DNA from: Candidatus Stercoripulliclostridium sp. | GTDB lineage: Bacteria; Bacillota; Clostridia; Christensenellales; DTU072 | Reading direction: 5' to 3' | Assembly (NCBI GenBank): GCA_045534735.1 | Contig: JAZSKG010000105.1 | Coordinates: forward strand, 1-31,670 | DNA: 31,670 nucleotides | Shown: one piece after another, positions 26,575 to 31,670 of the stretch | Layout: every line of letters begins with the position of its first letter | Position numbering within the stretch: position 1 is the first letter of the stretch | Translations under genes and position numbers: made by a program | Notes under the pieces: generated by a model | The model's database searches: none | What the model was told of the DNA's origin: nothing | The model's input: only the letters and a program-made list of their open reading frames with translations

Positions 26575-29500
26575 TTATGCGATGGTTGCAGTGAAGGTGA
26601 TGCCAGCGGTACCATATGCCCAGTCTGCAACAGCGATGGTAACGGTTTGACCAGCAGTAAGACTAATTTGGTTATCGGTTAGGGGTTCGCCACCATTGGT
26701 ATTGCCAAAGAAATCTACTTCAGGAATGCTGAACCATGCATCTTCATAATCAGAAGAGAAAGTCAAAGTGCAATCTGCTTCTGCAGTGTAGGTGTATAGG
26801 TAAATGTTTTGAGTTGAAGTGGGACCATATACGAAATTGGGAGTGGTAATTTCAGTATTAAGTACGAGAGCAGTTGCTGCAGGACCTGCAGGAACTTCGG
26901 GTTCGTCTTCTGCGGGTGCTTCAATGTAGAAACTTACTTGAGTGTAAGCGCCTTCTACACCTTCAACTAGTAACATCATTCCACCTTCAGCTTCAACTTC
27001 AAATGATGCTTCGTAGTTGGTTTCTGCAAATAGAACAGCGGTTCCGGGTTGGGGTCTGCCCATTCCACTTGAAATAAAGGGAGTAACTGAAATTACACTT
27101 TCGTCATAACTATAAACGTTGATGGTATAGCCTACAGGAGCTTCTACAACAAAGTTTGCATAACCGAAGTAGTAGCCATAAGTGCCACCATCTACGGTAA
27201 CCATAATCATGTTGCCAGCATCTTCATAAGATTGAGTGGTTACAGCATTGTAGTAGAAGTAATTAAGAGTATCAAGTTCAAACTTTTCATCGCTTACGAT
27301 AAAGTTAAATAGGCTCTTTAGACAATCTATTAGATATGCACCGCCGTCTTTACTGGTGTCAGTAGAAACAGTAGCGAAATCGGTTTCGCCAGCGATAGCG
27401 TAATCTTTTGCTACATAGTCAGCAGCACCAAGAACGTCTTCGTATTCGGTTACGTTTTCAATGATGTTAGCATTTAGACCGATCTTAATTTCGGTAGTGT
27501 TGCCATCGCCACCAAGAACAGCAGAGATGGTTGCACCGATGCCGTCTTTAGCAAAAGCACTTGCGGAGATAGACATATTTGCATATGCATCTTCTGCGTC
27601 AAGAGTTGCCTTAGTAAAGTCATATACTAAACCAATAATGTCTGCTTCGGTTACACCAGCCAAACCTGCGATGGTTCCAAGAACTTTATCGGTTGCAATG
27701 TCTGCTGCGATTTCGCCAAGAACGATTTCGGTTTCGCCAATGTAAATGGTTTCTTCAGATTCGCCGATGAGGCCGTCTTCTGCTATAATAGCCTTAATGA
27801 TGCCTTCAAGGTCAAGGGTTGCAACGCCTTCTTCACTGATGGTTGCAAAGTCTGCAAGAGCTTCAACTTCTGCTAGAAGGTCGGTTAAGAGGGTGCCACC
27901 AAGAACGTCGTCCATGATGATACCAAGGATGTCAGCATTCTTATCATTGATGATGGTGCTTACGATGCCGATAACGGTATCTGCTACACCTGCATTAGAA
28001 GCTTCAACTTCTGCCTTGGGTGCTGCCCAGTTGTCGTATTTTGCTTGTAGACCTACGGGGATCATAAATACGTCTTCAGACCAATTGCCGAATACGCCAC
28101 TTACGGTTGCATAATCAAAAATGATGTTTTCTGCGCCGTCAGCATTGTATTGAGCGATAACTACTTCTTTGGTTTCAGTTATTGCAGTATTGTTTGCCCA
28201 ATCCCAATCAACTTCTTCGTCGTAAGTAAGCACTACTTCTGCATAGAGGTTAGAGAAGTCAATATCAAGGTATTTGTCTTCGCCGAAGCCAAGGATAGAT
28301 ACGTTGGGGTATACGTTAAGGTCTAGGTTTGCATAGCCACCTTGTAGAAGTTCTGCTTCAATATCAAGACCGATGTTAAGAGCAAATTCTTCTGCATCCT
28401 TAACAGCATTCTTAACAGCAGCGGGAACAGCTGCGCTTTCTGCTTTGAAGGAGATGTTGTCTAGACCAAATGCAACTTTGATGCTTTCGTCTGCGGTTGC
28501 ATAAGAGAGGTGTACGCCACCAAAGGTGTCGTCTTCGTTTACGTCAACGTAAAGTCTAATGTCAGGAATAAGAATGTTGCCATTGTCGTCCTTGTTAGGA
28601 GTGAAGGTGAAGTCGCTGAGGTCAAGATTACCACCAAGTAGTAGAGGAACTGCTACGTCAGCAACGCCTTGATATGCGGAAAGGTCACCAAGACCACTTA
28701 CGATATCAGCAATAGCTTCGTTAGAAAGAAGATCGGTTAGGCCAGCGATGTTAAGAGCTGCACCATAGGTGTGGTCGCCGTCTTCAATAGAAAGGTTAGT
28801 AGATTGGTTACCTTTCTTGTCGGTGTCAATAACGTTGTCTTCTACAGGAGCAAATAGTAGACCGCCTACAAGGCCACCAAGACCTTGGATGGTGCCTACG
28901 ATACCGATGCTACCAACGAGACCTTCGTCAATAACGTCACTTACGTCAGCGCCGTCGCCGAACATAGAAGCAGCGTCATATTGGCCGTTATTGTTAGCAT
29001 CCTCGTATGCTTCGCCTTCGTCCCATGCCTTGTTGCCGTTAGCATCAGTAAATTTTTCTGCTTTTTGGAACGTAGCTTCATCAAGACCTGCTATAAGGTC
29101 AAGAAGAGCGGGAACAACGGTTCCGCTTACTAGGTCTGCGTTTTCAGCTTGGCTGAGTTTGGACCATTTTACTTCTTCGTTAAGTACGTTTTGAGCAAAA
29201 TAGAGGTATACTTTACCTGCACTGTCTTGTTGTGCAAATAGTGCTACTTCTACGCCAAGAACGTTTGCTTGAACGAGTGCCCAGTTGTTGGCATTGGTGT
29301 CCTCATCAACGGAACCTGCAACGTTAAGTTTAATGTTGTTTGCTACGCCATCAAGAGTTACGTCTACGTAGAGTTCTGCGTTAACGCTTGCCTTGGTGTC
29401 AATAGTGTTAACAACCTTAATGGTTTCGTCAATAGAGCCAATTAGATCGTCAAGCATGTCGCCTGCTTCAACGGAGATTTCTTTTTCGCCGTTGTCGCCG

Positions 29501-29646
29501 TTGTCACCAGTGTTTCCACCGTTGTTATTATTAGTAGTACCGCCGTTATTTTTGCCTTCGTCCTTAGGTTGACATGCAAAAACTGAGAATGCGAGGATAC
29601 CTACCATTAAAACAACGAGAAGAACTAGTAAAACTTTCTTTTTCAT
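26575..29646 (-). CDS. Large acidic surface lipoprotein (1023 aa), function unknown
   Basis: RBS GGAGG (29660-29656), signal peptide MKKKVLLVLLVVLMVGILAFSVFA-C25, a Gly/Asn-rich linker (GGTTNNNNGGNTGDNGDNG), D/E-rich composition, a Pro-rich linker (PAEDEPEVPAGPAA) before a small terminal beta-rich domain, and its own promoter and terminator. Confidence 0.9.
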   Translation of the reverse strand: MKKKVLLVLLVVLMVGILAFSVFACQPKDEGKNNGGTTNNNNGGNTGDNGDNGEKEISVEAGDMLDDLIGSIDETIKVVNTIDTKASVNAELYVDVTLDGVANNIKLNVAGSVDEDTNANNWALVQANVLGVEVALFAQQDSAGKVYLYFAQNVLNEEVKWSKLSQAENADLVSGTVVPALLDLIAGLDEATFQKAEKFTDANGNKAWDEGEAYEDANNNGQYDAASMFGDGADVSDVIDEGLVGSIGIVGTIQGLGGLVGGLLFAPVEDNVIDTDKKGNQSTNLSIEDGDHTYGAALNIAGLTDLLSNEAIADIVSGLGDLSAYQGVADVAVPLLLGGNLDLSDFTFTPNKDDNGNILIPDIRLYVDVNEDDTFGGVHLSYATADESIKVAFGLDNISFKAESAAVPAAVKNAVKDAEEFALNIGLDIEAELLQGGYANLDLNVYPNVSILGFGEDKYLDIDFSNLYAEVVLTYDEEVDWDWANNTAITETKEVVIAQYNADGAENIIFDYATVSGVFGNWSEDVFMIPVGLQAKYDNWAAPKAEVEASNAGVADTVIGIVSTIINDKNADILGIIMDDVLGGTLLTDLLAEVEALADFATISEEGVATLDLEGIIKAIIAEDGLIGESEETIYIGETEIVLGEIAADIATDKVLGTIAGLAGVTEADIIGLVYDFTKATLDAEDAYANMSISASAFAKDGIGATISAVLGGDGNTTEIKIGLNANIIENVTEYEDVLGAADYVAKDYAIAGETDFATVSTDTSKDGGAYLIDCLKSLFNFIVSDEKFELDTLNYFYYNAVTTQSYEDAGNMIMVTVDGGTYGYYFGYANFVVEAPVGYTINVYSYDESVISVTPFISSGMGRPQPGTAVLFAETNYEASFEVEAEGGMMLLVEGVEGAYTQVSFYIEAPAEDEPEVPAGPAATALVLNTEITTPNFVYGPTSTQNIYLYTYTAEADCTLTFSSDYEDAWFSIPEVDFFGNTNGGEPLTDNQISLTAGQTVTIAVADWAYGTAGITFTATIA

Positions 29647-29688
29647 GTTTTGGTACCTCCAAAAGGATTTTTGTTTTTTTGTGGTGCT

Positions 29689-29717
29689 ATTTTATCACAC
29701 GCGCAAGCGTTTGTCAA
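29689..29717 (-). promoter_or_regulatory. Near-consensus sigma-70/SigA promoter with extended -10 for the 1023 aa gene
   Basis: TTGACA (29717-29712), 17-nt spacer ending in TGA, TAAAAT (29694-29689). Confidence 0.85.
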
Positions 29718-30022
29718 TATTCTTTTTAATTTTGTGCCTACGCGCGCATAATACTAGTCTTGTAAAGTTCGCTCGCGATTGCTCGTTTTATAGTTAAAAT
29801 TTACAAAGGTGCTTGTTTTGATTTTATCTAATTTTGGGCTCCTTTAAATGCTGTTTCGGTTTTCTTTACTCGCGTGTTTCTGCCGTTTTTGATTTTTTAT
29901 TGCCCTTGCGTTTTTGGTGAAATTTTATCCCAAAAATTTCCTCTCTAACATTTTTTAGATTTGACCATTTTTTTACTATTTCGGCTAAAAATTCTCCCCC
30001 TCTTTCTCCCCAAAATTGCTTC

Positions 30023-30051
30023 TTTACACTTTCCCTTTCCCATGTTATAAT
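30023..30051 (+). promoter_or_regulatory. Sigma-70/SigA promoter with extended -10 for the DUF2804-like gene
   Basis: TTTACA (30023-30028), 17-nt spacer, TG at 30043-30044, TATAAT (30046-30051). Confidence 0.75.
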
Positions 30052-30114
30052 AGGTATAAGCAAGGGCTTTTACGTCACTATGCCATTACCATATTTTCTA
30101 AGGAGTTGAGAAAA

Positions 30115-31188
30115 ATGTCAGTTGAATATCCCGATTATATCGCTAAAGAACGTATCCCCGTTGATACCCCGGAAGCACTCGTTGACGAAAACGGCAAATG
30201 TGCTTTTGGTACCTTTAAAGACACTTTTAAAAAGTTAAACCTCATAGACTGTTATAAACCTTGTGGACCTCGCATGCCCGACTTTATGAAGGCAAGTCGC
30301 ATCACCGAATGGGAGGCCTTTGAAATCCATATGAAAGAAGGCGCTCTCGTTTCTGCCGTTTACAAAACCGCATCCATGGGCTTCTCCATTTTCGTTTGGT
30401 TTGATAAACGCACTAACAAATGCCTCTCTTGGTGGAATCCAACTATCCCCGCAAGCAAAGCAAAGGTCGCTAGCCAACTTGTAGACGACTACTGCTACCA
30501 CAAGACCGGCAAGAGTGAGTACACCATTACTAACGACCTACTAAACGGAAAGGCTCACGCTAAAGGTTACTCCAAAGGTAAATGCGGTACCTTTGAAATT
30601 GATATGAACGTAACGCGCATATCCAATCCTTGCATTGTAAGCATTCCCTTTGGTGAAAACAAACCTCTATACTCCCAAAAAGAGTTCCTTAAGGCAGAAG
30701 GCACCATTACCGTTAACGGAGAAACCTATTTCACCGACGAAAACAGCCTTGGTATCATAGACGACCACAAGGGTTACTATCCCTTTAAGGCACACTACGA
30801 CTGGTTAACCACCATGGGACAAATAGAAATTGACGGCGAAATGAAGAATTTTGGCTTCAATCTCACTCGCAACCAATCCATAGACCAAGATAAGTACAAC
30901 GAAAACCTCATTTGGCTTGACGGCGTTTCCTATCCCCTACCTCCCGTTACCTTCTCTAAAGAAGATAGATATGCTAAGACCTGGTACATTAAAGATGAAC
31001 ATGGTTGCGTAGACCTTCGCTTTGAAATTGACGACGTATTCTATATTATAATGCACATGCTAGTAATAGATAGTTACTACGCACTTCCCTTTGGTAAGAT
31101 TTACGGAACGGTAAAAGATACTAACGGCAAGGTTTATACCCTAGACGGAGCATTGGGTATAGCAGAAGATAAAACTACGAGAATGTAA
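30115..31188 (+). CDS. DUF2804 family protein
   Basis: Start placed at ATG 30115 (MSVEYPDY, 357 aa) because of the RBS AAGGAG at 30100-30105 and because the track's TTG at 30016 lies upstream of the promoter. Motifs G-x-F-G-x-F, TEWEAF, DDHKGYYP, W-D-W...GFNL..NQ, NENLIWLDG...LPPVTF and Y-x-x-PFG-x-x-x-G match my recollection of DUF2804. Confidence 0.75.
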   Translation: MSVEYPDYIAKERIPVDTPEALVDENGKCAFGTFKDTFKKLNLIDCYKPCGPRMPDFMKASRITEWEAFEIHMKEGALVSAVYKTASMGFSIFVWFDKRTNKCLSWWNPTIPASKAKVASQLVDDYCYHKTGKSEYTITNDLLNGKAHAKGYSKGKCGTFEIDMNVTRISNPCIVSIPFGENKPLYSQKEFLKAEGTITVNGETYFTDENSLGIIDDHKGYYPFKAHYDWLTTMGQIEIDGEMKNFGFNLTRNQSIDQDKYNENLIWLDGVSYPLPPVTFSKEDRYAKTWYIKDEHGCVDLRFEIDDVFYIIMHMLVIDSYYALPFGKIYGTVKDTNGKVYTLDGALGIAEDKTTRM

Positions 31189-31242
31189 AAACGCGATATT
31201 TTAGCGCTATGCTACGTTAAAACCCAAACCCCTTCAGGGCGC

Positions 31243-31467
31243 AGTGCTGTAGTGCGGAATGCGGAACGCGGAGCGCGGAACGGCTTCGCTACGTAAAACT
31301 TCGCTCAATCGGTTTGATTCAATAAATATAATAAACAAAGAGTACAAGTATCTTGCTTGTACTTTTTTATATAGATTTTTCCTTGTGGACGGAAGGAAAT
31401 GAAGTGAGGTCGTTCCGCGTTCCGCACTCCGCATTCAGCACTTAAATTGCGTTCCACGCTCTGCGCC
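31243..31467. repeat. Inverted pair of imperfect heptamer arrays (consensus A[AG][CT]GCGG) enclosing a terminator; MITE/REP-like
   Basis: Left arm 31243-31282: agtgctg-t-agtgcgg-aatgcgg-aacgcgg-agcgcgg-aacg. Right arm 31411-31442, reverse complement: agtgctg-aatgcgg-agtgcgg-aacgcgg-aacg. A degenerate extension continues to about 31467. Confidence 0.8.
31337..31368 (+). terminator. Rho-independent terminator downstream of the DUF2804-like gene
   Basis: AGTACAAG (31341-31348) / CTTGTACT (31356-31363) stem followed by a T-tract to 31368. Confidence 0.7.
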
Positions 31468-31515
31468 TGCTCTTCTTATCTAAAGATAAAAAGTAAAATC
31501 TTCGCGCCATTTGGC

Positions 31516-31549
31516 TTGACTTCTTGCCCCTTTAATTATATGATATAAT
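31516..31549 (+). promoter_or_regulatory. Sigma-70/SigA promoter(s) for the decarboxylase beta-subunit gene
   Basis: TTGACT (31516-31521), 17 nt, TATGAT (31539-31544); an overlapping extended -10 TG-A-TATAAT occupies 31541-31549. Confidence 0.7.
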
Positions 31550-31597
31550 TACGGAGTATGGGGCTATAGCCCCTCCTAAAAGATAAGGAGAAACGTA

Positions 31598-31670
31598 ATG
31601 GAATATCTACTTGAGGGTTTAGCCGTTCTATCATATAAGCAAGCAGCAATGTGGCTTATAGGCGGTTTAC
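31598..31670 (+). CDS. oadB: Na+-translocating decarboxylase beta subunit (OadB/GcdB/MmdB family), truncated by the right edge
   Basis: RBS AAGGAG (31585-31590); translation MEYLLEGLAVLSYKQAAMWLIGGL resembles the clostridial OadB N-terminus (M-x-x-LLEG...Q-x-x-M-W-x-IGG-x-L). Only 24 codons are visible. Confidence 0.65.
   Translation, partial: MEYLLEGLAVLSYKQAAMWLIGGL

Noticed and set aside
1227-29194. Dozens of 60-141 aa plus-strand ORFs, plus the short alternate-frame minus ORFs at 13705-13896 and 24888-25109
   Set aside because: All lie within long, well-supported CDSs. Open antisense frames are expected from the codon bias of these genes; they lack RBSs and have Ser/Pro-rich, non-protein-like composition.
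4091-29646. Diversity-generating retroelement or DNA-level repeat shuffling of the giant genes
   Set aside because: No reverse transcriptase or recombinase gene is present, and I noticed no near-identical nucleotide repeats; the protein repeats are old and diverged. A computed self dot-plot would be needed to exclude short ones.
2899-29754. Recurring CGCG/TATA alternating purine-pyrimidine tracts in intergenic DNA (near 2900, 25866, 26148, 26495 and 29742)
   Set aside because: Orientation and spacing relative to genes are inconsistent, and they are partly explained by -10 boxes plus GC-rich discriminators; I cannot show enrichment without genome-wide counts.
29866-30063. 65-aa minus-strand ORF
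   Set aside because: It overlaps the DUF2804-like promoter, has no RBS and its K-rich translation reflects T-tracts.
30016-30114. 33-aa N-terminal extension of the DUF2804-like ORF
   Set aside because: The TTG start is upstream of the predicted -10 box; the RBS supports ATG 30115.
31234-31434. 66-aa minus-strand ORF
   Set aside because: It is a translation of the heptamer repeats and terminator, with no RBS.
31243-31442. CRISPR array or tRNA interpretation of the repeats
   Set aside because: The units are 7 bp, contiguous and inverted, with no unique spacers, no cas genes and no cloverleaf or T-loop motif.

Overview
A window from a bacterial chromosome, probably a monoderm Firmicute of the Clostridia (inferred from consensus sigma-70/SigA promoters, GGAGG ribosome-binding sites, lipoprotein signal peptides and the gene set; the taxon is not proven). 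About 25 of the 31.7 kb encode three very large, acidic, minus-strand lipoproteins of 1023, 3213 and 3991 aa. The 3213 and 3991 aa genes form an apparent ~21.7 kb two-gene operon. Read by eye, their products are collinear paralogs for roughly 2700 aa: an N-terminal block of about three tandem beta-rich modules (similar modules occur in the 1023 aa protein), then a long run of Big_4-like Ig modules, then different C-terminal heads. The 3991 aa head has MBG-like repeats, a right-handed beta-helix and a CxxC...CxxC tail; the 3213 aa head is a duplicated module. The operon leader contains a strand-specific terminator-like hairpin inside a possible three-way junction. The flanking genes are a truncated DUF5050-like lipoprotein, a HAD-IIA phosphatase overlapping a degenerate glycerol-1-phosphate dehydrogenase-like gene, an AI-2E family permease, a DUF2804-like gene and the start of a Na+-translocating decarboxylase beta subunit. 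A heptamer-repeat inverted-repeat element lies near the right end. I found no rRNA, tRNA, CRISPR array, transposase or integrase. All family calls come from motif recognition by eye; no database search was run.
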